The notes under the pieces: model-generated
The model's input: the letters and a program-made list of their open reading frames with translations, nothing else
Database searches by the model: none
Told to the model about the DNA's origin: nothing
Origin: a virus
Lineage: Duplodnaviria > Caudoviricetes
Length of the DNA stretch: 64,000 nucleotides
Reading direction: 5' to 3' (one strand)
Virus record (IMG/VR): IMGVR_UViG_3300020577_012961
Location: 1-64,000 of that record
Shown here: positions 44,543 to 53,433 of the stretch, piece after piece
How the letters are laid out: every line of letters starts with the position of its first letter
Numbering within the stretch: position 1 is the first letter of the stretch
Translations under genes and position numbers: made by a program

Positions 44543-45002
44543 CGTCGGCGCCCTCCGCAGCCAGCGCGCGCCGCGCCGCCGCCAGCCCCGCGCACAGGTC
44601 GGCCGGCGAGCCGTCGGCCTTGAACGCGCCCGCGCGGGTCACCGGCGGCGCGTAATCGCCCGGCCCGCGGCTGAAGCGCGCTCCCGTCGGGTGGGCCATC
44701 GCGACGATCCGGCGCATGCCCTGGTGGCAGGCGAAGGAGCCCGACGAGTGCACGAGATCCTCGATTGCCTCCTCGCTGTTGTGCTCGTAGCCGGCGGCGC
44801 CGGTGCGCTCCGGCGAGCCGGTCCGGAAGGCGCAGTCGGCGCACATCTTGGTGCGCTGGTTGGCCGGGCCCTGCTGCAGAGCCTGCTGCTCGCGATCGTG
44901 GACGGGGCGCCAGCAGGTGCAGCCGGCCGGGCCGTCGATCGCGGAGCCAATGCAGCACGGCAGCTCGCCGTTGCCGACGTCGGGAAGTGTGGGGTCGCGC
45001 AT
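44532..45002 (-). CDS. Cys-rich hypothetical protein
   Basis: CADCAFR, FACH, LCAG. Confidence 0.6.
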   Translation of the reverse strand: MRDPTLPDVGNGELPCCIGSAIDGPAGCTCWRPVHDREQQALQQGPANQRTKMCADCAFRTGSPERTGAAGYEHNSEEAIEDLVHSSGSFACHQGMRRIVAMAHPTGARFSRGPGDYAPPVTRAGAFKADGSPADLCAGLAAARRALAAEGADDAA

Positions 45003-45244
45003 CAGCCGGCGCTCCTGCGGTCGCGGCGCCGCTCCGCCCACTTCAGCGTCGCGCGGACGACAGCAACCGGCTCGCCCAACTCCGCCGCTAACCTCGCCAC
45101 GCTCAGCTTGGCGTCGGCCTCGTACCGCTGCAAAAGCGCCTCCCCCTCCTCGGGAGAGAACCGGCAGCGGGCGTGGCCCTTGAGGGTGGAGCCGGCCCAG
45201 GGGATCCAGGGCTGGTCGCAGCCGTAGCCGCAGGGCTGGGCCAT
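45002..45244 (-). CDS. Small HTH-like protein
   Basis: SVARLAAELG..V..VR..L. Confidence 0.45.
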   Translation of the reverse strand: MAQPCGYGCDQPWIPWAGSTLKGHARCRFSPEEGEALLQRYEADAKLSVARLAAELGEPVAVVRATLKWAERRRDRRSAG

Positions 45245-45522
45245 CACTGCTCCTTCCACGAGCGCGCCTCGCCGTCCCATGCCGTGAGGGCCGCTGCGAG
45301 CCGCCGCGCTCGCTGATGACCAGCGGCGCTGTTGCCGGGGAAGATGTCGTTGCCATCGAATACAGCCTTCGCGCACGCCGCAATCCGGCGGAGCACGTCG
45401 ATCTCCTGGCCGACGCGGCGCTTGCCGTTCATGCCGTTGCCGACCCTGCCTTCGAGTGTCTCCACCCGGCCGGTCAACTCCTCGATGCGCGCCACCAGGG
45501 CGTCCTTCTCGTCGTCGTCCAT
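45244..45522 (-). CDS. Hypothetical protein
   Basis: Coupled start/stop with neighbours. Confidence 0.5.
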   Translation of the reverse strand: MDDDEKDALVARIEELTGRVETLEGRVGNGMNGKRRVGQEIDVLRRIAACAKAVFDGNDIFPGNSAAGHQRARRLAAALTAWDGEARSWKEQ

Positions 45523-46226
45523 CAGGCGTTCCGCGCAACGAACGGCGCTGCCCGGCGGAGCACCTCGCGCGCCCGCTCGACGTCGAAGGTGTCGGCGGCG
45601 GCGCGCACCCCGCTCTCCATGTCGATCCAGAAGTCGCGGTGGACGCGCTGGGCCACGTCCTCGAGCACCTGCGTGACGTTGTCGGGGGTGATGCCGCCGG
45701 CGAAGCCGACGCGAACGAAGGACCGCGGGGTGGGCCAGCGCTCGGGCACCGCGCCGCGGCCCCCCGAAGGGTCGAAGAGGACGCTGGCGCGCCCGGGCGG
45801 AGCCTCGGCAGCGATCTTGGCCGCGCAGTTCTCCGCCCAGGTCAGCTCCGTCACGCTGCGGGCCTGCAGGATGAACTCGGCCGCGGGGTAGCGCTGGGCC
45901 AGCTGGCGCGGGCCCGGGTCCTCAGGGTTCCAGCCGTTGAGCTGCACCCGCTCGAAGGCGCCCGAGAGCCCCCCGACAAAGGAGTGCTCCCCTGCCAGGG
46001 CGTCCCGCGCGATGGCGCCGCAGAGGTGGGCCGACAGGCGCATCCCGGGCCCAGCGATGGAGAGGAGCGTGTCCAGCCACTCCTTCGACGGGTAGCGGGG
46101 CTGGCCGATGCGCTTCGCCGAGAAGAGGAGTCCCCACTCGACGAAGGGGAACTCGTGCGAGAGCGCCACCAGCTCGCCGGGGTCGACGCCGTCGTCGGCG
46201 CCGGTGATCGTCACCATGGTCAGCAT
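45522..46226 (-). CDS. Phosphoribosylanthranilate-isomerase-like TIM-barrel protein (phage family)
   Basis: VTITGAD, HLCG, RVQLN, LFDPSGGRG, GFAGGI.PDNV, WIDMESGVR. Confidence 0.75.
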   Translation of the reverse strand: MLTMVTITGADDGVDPGELVALSHEFPFVEWGLLFSAKRIGQPRYPSKEWLDTLLSIAGPGMRLSAHLCGAIARDALAGEHSFVGGLSGAFERVQLNGWNPEDPGPRQLAQRYPAAEFILQARSVTELTWAENCAAKIAAEAPPGRASVLFDPSGGRGAVPERWPTPRSFVRVGFAGGITPDNVTQVLEDVAQRVHRDFWIDMESGVRAAADTFDVERAREVLRRAAPFVARNA

Positions 46227-48664
46227 CAGCCCACTGCCTCTCTGCGCGCCTCGCGCGCGTCCATGTCCTCGGCCGGCCGCCCGTCGTCCCGGCGCACCCA
46301 GATCCCGGTCGAACCCAGGACCCACATCCCGGTCGCCGCAGCCAGCAGCGCGGTGAGCAGCGACTCGGCGATGGCCTTTGCGGCGCCCACCGGCACGGCG
46401 TTTCCGATCCGCTCCCGGTGCTTCGCCCGGCTCTTCCCCGCCAGCTGCAGCGGTGCGCCGTCGAGCGTGGCGGGCAGCCCCTGCAGCGCGGCGAGCTCCA
46501 GGTCGGTGAGCGGCCGGTGCCACGTCCCGTCCTTCGGGGACAGGATCACCGGCACCTTGCCGTCGGGTAGCTGCTTCACGCCCTGGTCGAGGAGGCGCAG
46601 GGCCTCGGCGATCGTCATGGGCTGGTAGCAGGGCGGCAGCGGCGCGCCGGCGGCAATGCGCGGGTCCGCGGCGGCGGTGGCGCTGGCGGGGGCGGCCTCG
46701 GCCCAGCCGGCGACGCGCGTGCGGCTGTCGGCCACCGCCAGCGGGCCGTTGTCGATCTGCCCGTGGCCGGTGACGGCGTAGGCCGGGCGGGCGGGGTCGA
46801 GCACGCCGTAGGCGCCGCTGGTCTCGCGCGGGGTGCAGCCGATGGCGATGCGCGGGTCGCCCACGCTGGCGGCGCCGCTCGTGGGAATGGTCGCCCCGGT
46901 GACGGTGGGGGCGGGCGAGTCCCATGCCCCCATGCGCAGGATGTCGTTGAAGGCGGGGCCCTTGTTCCCGAGGGGGATGCGCGGGTCGGCGACGGAGGGC
47001 GCGCCACTGCCCGGCCGCCCAGCCCCCATCACGGTCGGGCCCGGCTCCTCCCACTCGGTGACGGCGTACTTGTTCCGGTGGCGGGTCGGGTTGTCGCAGA
47101 GCGCTACCCGCGGGTCGGCCACGCTGTGGCTGCCGTTGCTCGGGTAGCTCTCGCCGCAGACGGTCGCGGCCGCCTCGTCCCAGCCCCCGACGCCGTACCG
47201 CCCGCCGCCCCAGGTCCCATTTCCCTCCGCGCTGAGCGAGTTCGGCAATGCGTCGGATTCACCCCGATTTGGAAGGTTATCCGCGGCCACCCTCGGATCG
47301 GCGACCGCCGCCACCGCGTTAGAGCTCGACACGCGGGCGGCGCCGGTGACCGCCCCGAGCGGCTCGTTCCAGTCGCCCACCCCCATCAGCCCCGGTGAGC
47401 CGTTGAAGCGGTCCGCGTTGCGCGCGGTGGCCCCGTCGTAGGCGATGCGGGGATCTCCGACCGACCGCGGCCCGGTCGACGGGTGGCCACCGCTGGTGAC
47501 GGTGGCGCCCGGCTCGGTCCACTCCTGCACCCCGTAGGCGCCGTCGTGCCAGTTGACGCGCTCGTCGGCGACTGCAGCGGGCCCGGTGCGCACGTCGGCG
47601 CGGCCGCGAACGGTGGCGGCGGGCTCGCCGGCGTCCATCACCCCGAGGGCGCCGCGGCGGGGTGCGTGGTCGAGGGCGACGTGGCCGGCTACATCACCTA
47701 CAACTTGTTCCTGTTGTTTTCCCGGAACCAGCCTCGGGTCGGCCACCGCCCCCGCCCCGTTGCCGGGCCCGCCGATGACGGTGCGCGCCGGCTCGTCGAA
47801 CGCGCCCACCGCGTACTTGCCCTTGAACCAGTGCACCTCGCCGTCGGTCTTCTCGCCCTTCTGCTCCCAGCGCTTCCGCGCCTCGGGGTCGCGCGCCTTC
47901 ATCCCGGGCAGGTCGCGCCAGTCCCCACCCGGCGGGATGAGCGCCAGCCGGATCCAGTTGAGCAGTGACAGCCGCGGCAGCCGGTGCATGGGCCCCGCCG
48001 CCTCCGTCTCGGGCAGCGGCAGCTCGGCGAGGATGTCCCCGCAGCTCTTCCCGGGCTTCAGCGGCGGTCGGAACACGTAGGCCGGCACGCGCCCCGGGTG
48101 CCGCGCCACCAGCAGGTAGCGGCGCCGGTGCGCCCCGAGGTCCCCGATCCGCCGGAGGTCGTGCGCCTCCTCGTGGAAGACGTACCCGTAGCCCCCGAGC
48201 AGCTGGCGCACCTGCATCAGCCACTTCGCCCCCCGGCTGGTCACCCGCGGGACGTTCTCGAGGACGATCAGGCCGGGCGGCGTCGTCCAGGTCTCCAGCA
48301 GCAGGAACAAGCCCTTGAAGACCAGGCTGTTCATCTCCTGGTACTTCTCCGTCTCGGCCGTCTCCGACGACAGCAGCCCCGAGTGCCCCTTGCAAGGCGG
48401 CGACGTGAAGACGCAGTCGGGCGCGGTCTCGCCCCACGCGGAGCGCAGCTCGGCCGGCGTCATGGTGGCGAGGTCGGCGGCGGTGGCCGGGCCGGAGGCG
48501 ATCCGCTCGTAGTCCTCACAGGCGAGGGCGTCGAAGTCGACGCCACCGGCGTTGGCGAAGCGGGCGTGGTCGCCGCCCAGGCGCGCCTCGGCGAGGTCGA
48601 AGCCGCGGGCACCAGCGCCCAGGCCGGCGAAGAGGAAGCCAGCGCGGAAGGTGTGGCGGCTCAT
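46226..48664 (-). CDS. DNA (cytosine-5) methyltransferase with repeat-expanded variable region
   Basis: LFAGLG, SPPCKG, ENV, R.RY motifs and C-terminal IGNAVP. Confidence 0.9.
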   Translation of the reverse strand: MSRHTFRAGFLFAGLGAGARGFDLAEARLGGDHARFANAGGVDFDALACEDYERIASGPATAADLATMTPAELRSAWGETAPDCVFTSPPCKGHSGLLSSETAETEKYQEMNSLVFKGLFLLLETWTTPPGLIVLENVPRVTSRGAKWLMQVRQLLGGYGYVFHEEAHDLRRIGDLGAHRRRYLLVARHPGRVPAYVFRPPLKPGKSCGDILAELPLPETEAAGPMHRLPRLSLLNWIRLALIPPGGDWRDLPGMKARDPEARKRWEQKGEKTDGEVHWFKGKYAVGAFDEPARTVIGGPGNGAGAVADPRLVPGKQQEQVVGDVAGHVALDHAPRRGALGVMDAGEPAATVRGRADVRTGPAAVADERVNWHDGAYGVQEWTEPGATVTSGGHPSTGPRSVGDPRIAYDGATARNADRFNGSPGLMGVGDWNEPLGAVTGAARVSSSNAVAAVADPRVAADNLPNRGESDALPNSLSAEGNGTWGGGRYGVGGWDEAAATVCGESYPSNGSHSVADPRVALCDNPTRHRNKYAVTEWEEPGPTVMGAGRPGSGAPSVADPRIPLGNKGPAFNDILRMGAWDSPAPTVTGATIPTSGAASVGDPRIAIGCTPRETSGAYGVLDPARPAYAVTGHGQIDNGPLAVADSRTRVAGWAEAAPASATAAADPRIAAGAPLPPCYQPMTIAEALRLLDQGVKQLPDGKVPVILSPKDGTWHRPLTDLELAALQGLPATLDGAPLQLAGKSRAKHRERIGNAVPVGAAKAIAESLLTALLAAATGMWVLGSTGIWVRRDDGRPAEDMDAREARREAVG

Positions 48665-48665
48665 C

Positions 48666-50327
48666 TCACGCCACCCCCATGAACAGCGGCGCGTCCCCTC
48701 GAATCCGCCGCTCGCTCATGGCCACGTAGTCGGGATTCAGCTCGATCCCGATGGCCCGGCGCCTCAGCCGGGTGGCGACCAGGGCGGTGGTGCCGGCGCC
48801 GCTGAATGGATCCAGCACGACCGCCGGATTGACGCCCCCCCCCGCGCACTTACACGACTGGCGCCACCCCACGGTCGGCGTCACCGACGGCGCCCACGGC
48901 ACGCCGCGGCCGAGGTGGTCTCCCGGGCGGTCTCCTTCGCTGCCGTCGGCGATGCTGCGCTGCTTGTTGCCGGAGCGCGGTCCTTCGACCTCCACCTTGT
49001 CGCCGACCACGCGCTCCCACGGAGCCCCGCACGCGGAGCAGACGCCGTGCTCCGACGTGCCCGCCTTGATGCAGGGCTCGACGAGGGCGGGCGGGAACGT
49101 GGCGAAGTGCGCCTCGGGGAAGGGCTGCGTGCCAATGGTCCAGACGCTGCGGCGGTTGCGGAGCCCCGTGGCGCTCGCTTCGTTGCCGTGGGTCTCCCGG
49201 GGCTTCGCCGCGCTGTTGACGAACGAGTTGCCGCCGGTGTAGCTGCCGCCACCACGGAACGAGCGCGCGTTGCCTTTGGCGGCGGTGATCGGTTCGCGAA
49301 TCGCCTCGGCGTCGTAGAAGTAGGTCGGGGACTTCGACAGCAGGAAGAGGTATTCGTGCGCCTTGGTCGGTCGGTCCGTCACCGACTCCGGCATGGGGTT
49401 CAACTTCGACCATATGATGTCCGAGCGCAGGTAGTAGCCCGGCTCAAACATCGACGGCGGCGCCGGGAAGTCCACGTCGCTGCTACCCGTGCGATGCAAC
49501 AGCTTCAATGCAGCATGCGCCGCCTCCGCGCGCTCCCCCGACGACGGGCAGCCAATGAGGATCCGCGCCTGCTGCTGCTTGGCGACGAGGTACGGATACA
49601 ACTCGCGCACGAAGTCGCGGCACTCCGCGGTGCGCAGGTTCCAGCGATAGATCGTCTGCTTGCGGCGCCCGTCGGTCTGCTCCGGTCCCTGCGAGCAGAT
49701 CGATCCCTTGCCGACGAGAGCCATGATGCGCTCGACCACGGCAAGGCTCGTGTTGGCGATCTCGACGCCCGGTCCGTAGCTGTCGCTCTGGCGCTGGTAT
49801 CCCTGACCGTTGCTCTGCCCTGCCTTGCGCTTGTGGATGAACATGCAGCCTTCGGCGTCGAGCATCGCGGCGAGCCAGATCCGATCCCGCTCGTCGCGGA
49901 TTGTGCCGGTGTAGTAGGGCGCGCGCAGTGCTTGGGCGACGAGCCAGGGGATGCCGACGAGGTCTTTCTCTTTCAACCCCTCAGGCACCGCGCCGCTTCG
50001 CTCCCTCGCCTCGTCGCCCAGCCCCGCGCGCCCGGTCTCTCGACGGCTGCCCCACCGCGTCGCGTAGCTGTCCCCGAGGTTGAGCCACAGTGTGCCGTCC
50101 TCCCGCAGCACCCGCCGCACCTCGCGGAACGCGTCAACGATCCGCGCAACGAATTCGTCGGGCGTGCCCTCGAGTCCGATCTGACCGGCGACGCCGTAGT
50201 CGCGCAGCCCCCAGTACGGCGGGCTCGTCACGCAGCAGTGCACCGACTCCGACGGCAGCGTGCGCAGCACCGCCAGGGCGTCGCCCTGGAGGATGCGGAA
50301 GGGCTGGGCGTCGAGGATGTCAGCCAC
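48666..50327 (-). CDS. DNA N4-C/N6-A methyltransferase (beta class) with in-frame LAGLIDADG insertion
   Basis: TSPPYW, WLNLGD, DIIW.K, HFATFP, DPFSGAGTT; internal WLAAMLDAEG domain. Confidence 0.88.
   Translation of the reverse strand: MADILDAQPFRILQGDALAVLRTLPSESVHCCVTSPPYWGLRDYGVAGQIGLEGTPDEFVARIVDAFREVRRVLREDGTLWLNLGDSYATRWGSRRETGRAGLGDEARERSGAVPEGLKEKDLVGIPWLVAQALRAPYYTGTIRDERDRIWLAAMLDAEGCMFIHKRKAGQSNGQGYQRQSDSYGPGVEIANTSLAVVERIMALVGKGSICSQGPEQTDGRRKQTIYRWNLRTAECRDFVRELYPYLVAKQQQARILIGCPSSGERAEAAHAALKLLHRTGSSDVDFPAPPSMFEPGYYLRSDIIWSKLNPMPESVTDRPTKAHEYLFLLSKSPTYFYDAEAIREPITAAKGNARSFRGGGSYTGGNSFVNSAAKPRETHGNEASATGLRNRRSVWTIGTQPFPEAHFATFPPALVEPCIKAGTSEHGVCSACGAPWERVVGDKVEVEGPRSGNKQRSIADGSEGDRPGDHLGRGVPWAPSVTPTVGWRQSCKCAGGGVNPAVVLDPFSGAGTTALVATRLRRRAIGIELNPDYVAMSERRIRGDAPLFMGVA
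49440..49919 (-). mobile_element. LAGLIDADG homing-endonuclease domain inserted in the methyltransferase
   Basis: WLAAMLDAEGC, IANT, YRW, L.PYL..K..QA; interrupts the conserved ALRA..YLRSDIIW block. Confidence 0.75.
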
Positions 50328-50508
50328 TGGAGCCCCTCCCCTCGAACGCCGGCCGCATGTCCGGCAGCAGGACCGACACCCGGCACTCGGCCCCGCAGCG
50401 CGGGCAGTCGGTCTCCCCCACGTTGTCGGTCTTCCGCTCCAGGCTGTCGGGAGGGGTCAGCTCGGCGCCGCAGATCGGGCAGAAGCGGATGGAGTCGACG
50501 TGGGCCAC
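50320..50508 (-). CDS. Zn-ribbon protein
   Basis: CPICG, CPRCG. Confidence 0.55.
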   Translation of the reverse strand: MAHVDSIRFCPICGAELTPPDSLERKTDNVGETDCPRCGAECRVSVLLPDMRPAFEGRGSSG

Positions 50509-50937
50509 CTACGCCGCCTTCCTCGGCTCGCGCAGGAGCCCCGCCGGGTCGAGCGGCAGCAGCACCACCGCGTCCAGGCGCGAGAGGATCCCGGCCCGGC
50601 TCGGGTGGGGGTCGTGCACGACCTTGTTGCCCCGGGCGATGACGCTGTGCTGCCAGGGCAGCTTCGTCTCCGGGTCGACCTCCCCGTTGGCCCGCGGGCT
50701 GGTGCCGCTGAGGATGTAGAGGCCCCGGAGGAAGCCGTAGTCGTCGCCGTCGCCCGCCTTCAGGAGCAGGGCGTAGAGCCCCCGCGGCCGCAGCCAGCGG
50801 TTCACCGCCCCGATCCAGTCGGCCTCGCCCATGAAGTAGGGCACCTCGGCGAGGTCGATCTCGAGGAGGGAGGCGAGGCAGGCCGAGAAGCAGTTGCCGC
50901 CGGGCATGCCGAAGTTGGTCTGGTCGACGGGCTTCAT
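50509..50937 (-). CDS. Papain-fold Cys peptidase-like protein (paralog of 34729..35169)
   Basis: QT....GNCF.ACLASLLE, HSVI, VHDPHPSRAG. Confidence 0.62.
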   Translation of the reverse strand: MKPVDQTNFGMPGGNCFSACLASLLEIDLAEVPYFMGEADWIGAVNRWLRPRGLYALLLKAGDGDDYGFLRGLYILSGTSPRANGEVDPETKLPWQHSVIARGNKVVHDPHPSRAGILSRLDAVVLLPLDPAGLLREPRKAA

Positions 50938-51218
50938 CGCACCCTTCCCGCCCGCCTCCGCGCCCAGTGCACCAGATCGCCGCCGAACCACAGCCCGACG
51001 GCGACGGCCGCCGCGCCCAGGTCCAGCACGAATTCCGCCGCCTCGCGCGCCGCGATCACCGCCAGCTTCGCCACGCGACCGGCGAGGATGCGGTGGAGGT
51101 CGCCGCGACAGGCCGCGCACTCGCGCAGGTGCCGCCCGAAGGCGTGGCGTGCCGGCGCGTCCATCCGGTCGCTGGCGTAGTAGGGCAGGAAGGCGCAGAG
51201 GTCGCTTCGCGAGGTCAT
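50934..51218 (-). CDS. Anti-sigma-factor-like protein (zf-HC2 domain plus TM)
   Basis: C..L..Y....M......F..HL.EC..C followed by hydrophobic helix. Confidence 0.68.
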   Translation of the reverse strand: MTSRSDLCAFLPYYASDRMDAPARHAFGRHLRECAACRGDLHRILAGRVAKLAVIAAREAAEFVLDLGAAAVAVGLWFGGDLVHWARRRAGRVR

Positions 51219-51424
51219 GGGGTGGCTCCTTCGATCGCGCGCAGCCGCTCCACCTCGGCGACCGCCGCCTTCACTGAGAGGCCTCCCGCGGCGGGCCGGA
51301 ACGGCGGCAAGAGGTGGAAGGTGGGGCAGCCGGCGCGGTCCAGGGTGATCGGCGAGACGGGCGTGCCGCGCAGCGCGTGGAAGCGGTGGGCGTCCTCGGC
51401 GTCCCAGTGGCGAGGCAGGTTCAC
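51215..51424 (-). CDS. Hypothetical protein
   Basis: Overlapping start/stop with neighbours. Confidence 0.4.
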   Translation of the reverse strand: MNLPRHWDAEDAHRFHALRGTPVSPITLDRAGCPTFHLLPPFRPAAGGLSVKAAVAEVERLRAIEGATP

Positions 51425-51609
51425 CGGCTTCCCCGTCGACGGAATACGCCGGCCACCTGGTTGACCATCTCCGACCCCACCGGCGGCGCCGCGGGCATGG
51501 TGCGCCGCAGCAGCCCGCCCGGCGCCCGCTCGAGCAGCTCGACCAGGTCCACCGGCGGCGGCAGCTTCAGCGCGGCCAGCTTCCTTCGCTCTGAGGAGTA
51601 GTGGGGCAT
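51421..51609 (-). CDS. Hypothetical protein
   Basis: GAGGGA RBS before ATG 51609. Confidence 0.4.
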   Translation of the reverse strand: MPHYSSERRKLAALKLPPPVDLVELLERAPGGLLRRTMPAAPPVGSEMVNQVAGVFRRRGSR

Positions 51610-51735
51610 GGGTCCCTCGTGTCGGTGCGGTTGCTGAGAGCTACCGAGCGCTCGCACACTCGTCATCCTGCGTTCGTGCTAGTACATAGTCAAGCGCAAT
51701 CTGCAGAGCCCCTGCTCCCCCGTCGCTGGCAAGGT

Positions 51736-52143
51736 CTACGGCCGCGCCACTACGATGACCTCGATTGCCTGCCCGGTCTCCGCCCCCTCCCAGACCGCCG
51801 GCTGCTCGTCGAGGTAGAGTCGGGCACGCCCGTCGTAGATGCTCCGCACGTGCCCGGTGACGCGGGCCAGGATGGCCGGCCTGGGGCGGCGGCCGATCAC
51901 CATCGGCTCGCCGGCCGGGTAGCCGAGCTCGGCCTCGATCCGCGAGGCCTGCTCCGCCTCGGCGAGGTAGTCACGCGTGCCCGCCACATCCGGGCAGGCG
52001 GAGCAGGGAGCGCCAGCCAGCCCGAAAGACCCGCAGCGGCCGCACTGGGCGAGCGGCTCGGGCACCGTCGTGGAGTGCGGCAGAGCCAGGCAGACGTGAT
52101 GCTCGTCGCGGAGAATCGAATCGCAGCGGGCGCAGGTTGCCAT
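51736..52143 (-). CDS. Cys-rich hypothetical protein
   Basis: Multiple CxxC motifs. Confidence 0.5.
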   Translation of the reverse strand: MATCARCDSILRDEHHVCLALPHSTTVPEPLAQCGRCGSFGLAGAPCSACPDVAGTRDYLAEAEQASRIEAELGYPAGEPMVIGRRPRPAILARVTGHVRSIYDGRARLYLDEQPAVWEGAETGQAIEVIVVARP

Positions 52144-53006
52144 CAGGACGGGTTCCCTTCGGCACCGGCGGGCGGACCGATCACAGCCAGGGCGGTGCGC
52201 AGCGCGCTCATCGGGGCCTTGATGGTGGCGGTGACCGAGACCACGTCCTCGTCGCGGGCACCGGCGTGCCGGCGGTTCACGTCCATCAGCAGGCTGCGGA
52301 GCGGCTCAAGGAGCGCCTGGACGTCAGGGGACGGCGCCGACTCGGCCGACAGGCCGGTCTCAGCAAGCGCGGCCCGCAAGCCGCCGCACGCCGGGCAGGC
52401 CTCGACCACATCGCCGGGGAGCCGGACCAGCTGGCCTACGCCGCCGCAGTAGGCGCAGTCGACCACCGACCGCCGGATCCGGTTCAGCTGGCCAATAGCC
52501 GCGTCCCGCTGGGCCTCCAGCTCGTGCCACTGCTCGCGCTTCTTCAGCAGGCCCAGCAGCGACTTCTCCAGCTTCTGCTTCGCATGGGCCTCGGCCTCGC
52601 GAGCTCGCTTCACCTCGCCGAGCAGGCGCAAATTGCTCTCGGTCTTGGCTCGCTGTGTCTCGGCCTCGTGGCGCCATTCATCGCGCTGCAGGAGCGCCTG
52701 GTTCAGGAGCGCGGCCCGTTCGTCGCGCTGGGCGTCGAGGGCGTCCCGCTCCTGCTCCAGCGCCTCGATCGCGGACTGGGCGGAGCCGAGGGCCCCTTCC
52801 GCGGCCGCAACCTGGGAGCGCAGGCCATCCACGGTGGCGGCGACCTGCTGGGCGTAGACGCGGGTTGCTTCCACCAACTGGGCATGGGCGGTGGTGGCCT
52901 CGATTACCTTGGCCTTGGCGGCGGCAAGCTCCGCGTCTCGGCGCTCCTCCCAGCACGCACAGCCCGCGTGGTGTGTGGTGCCGGGGGTGTCTTTGCAGGT
53001 GGCCAT
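52143..53006 (-). CDS. Coiled-coil protein with CxxC motifs
   Basis: AAGGAG RBS; long heptad region; CAYC..CPAC. Confidence 0.6.
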   Translation of the reverse strand: MATCKDTPGTTHHAGCACWEERRDAELAAAKAKVIEATTAHAQLVEATRVYAQQVAATVDGLRSQVAAAEGALGSAQSAIEALEQERDALDAQRDERAALLNQALLQRDEWRHEAETQRAKTESNLRLLGEVKRAREAEAHAKQKLEKSLLGLLKKREQWHELEAQRDAAIGQLNRIRRSVVDCAYCGGVGQLVRLPGDVVEACPACGGLRAALAETGLSAESAPSPDVQALLEPLRSLLMDVNRRHAGARDEDVVSVTATIKAPMSALRTALAVIGPPAGAEGNPS

Positions 53007-53008
53007 GG

Positions 53009-53245
53009 TCAGGGCTCCTTGTGAAACAGCCGCTCGCAGATGGCGCACACGTCGTCGCGGCTTTGCTCGCACCGGATCGGCTGCACGTCGTCGGGGTCGT
53101 TCTCGCACGCGCGATTCCACAGCGACTCCGGGATGTGCTCCGGGTCCCAGCAGGCGGCGAGGTGTAGGCGGCAGTCGAGGCAGTAGACCTCGACCGTCTG
53201 GTCGCAGGGGCCGATGGCAACGCGAAGGTGCTCGCAGGTGGCCAT
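53009..53245 (-). CDS. Small Cys-rich protein
   Basis: MATCEH, CLDC, CAIC. Confidence 0.5.
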   Translation of the reverse strand: MATCEHLRVAIGPCDQTVEVYCLDCRLHLAACWDPEHIPESLWNRACENDPDDVQPIRCEQSRDDVCAICERLFHKEP

Positions 53246-53433
53246 CACGCGCGTCCCTTCGCGGCGAGGGCTCGCCCGGTGCGCTTCTTCGAGGCGGACC
53301 GCTTTCGGTACCAGGACCACCACGCTGGCGTCGTCGAGGAGCCCAGGCGCTCGGCGCACGAGGGGCACTCCATCGCCTGCCGGGTGTGGCCGAACTCACA
53401 GGCCGGCTCAATCGCACGCCGATGGTCAGCCAC
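53245..53433 (-). CDS. Small hypothetical protein
   Basis: GGGAGG RBS, GTG start, CPSC. Confidence 0.4.
   Translation of the reverse strand: MADHRRAIEPACEFGHTRQAMECPSCAERLGSSTTPAWWSWYRKRSASKKRTGRALAAKGRA

Noticed and set aside
45522-46226. Auxiliary metabolic gene trpF for tryptophan synthesis
   Set aside because: Only fold-level similarity, divergent N-terminal motifs and no other trp genes
49440-49919. Intein in the methyltransferase
   Set aside because: No Cys/Ser at the start, no His-Asn plus Cys/Ser/Thr at the end, and too short for Hint plus endonuclease
51663-51700. Sigma70 promoter (TTGACT on - strand)
   Set aside because: Good -35 but only a weak -10 (CAGGAT) at 17 nt; insufficient support
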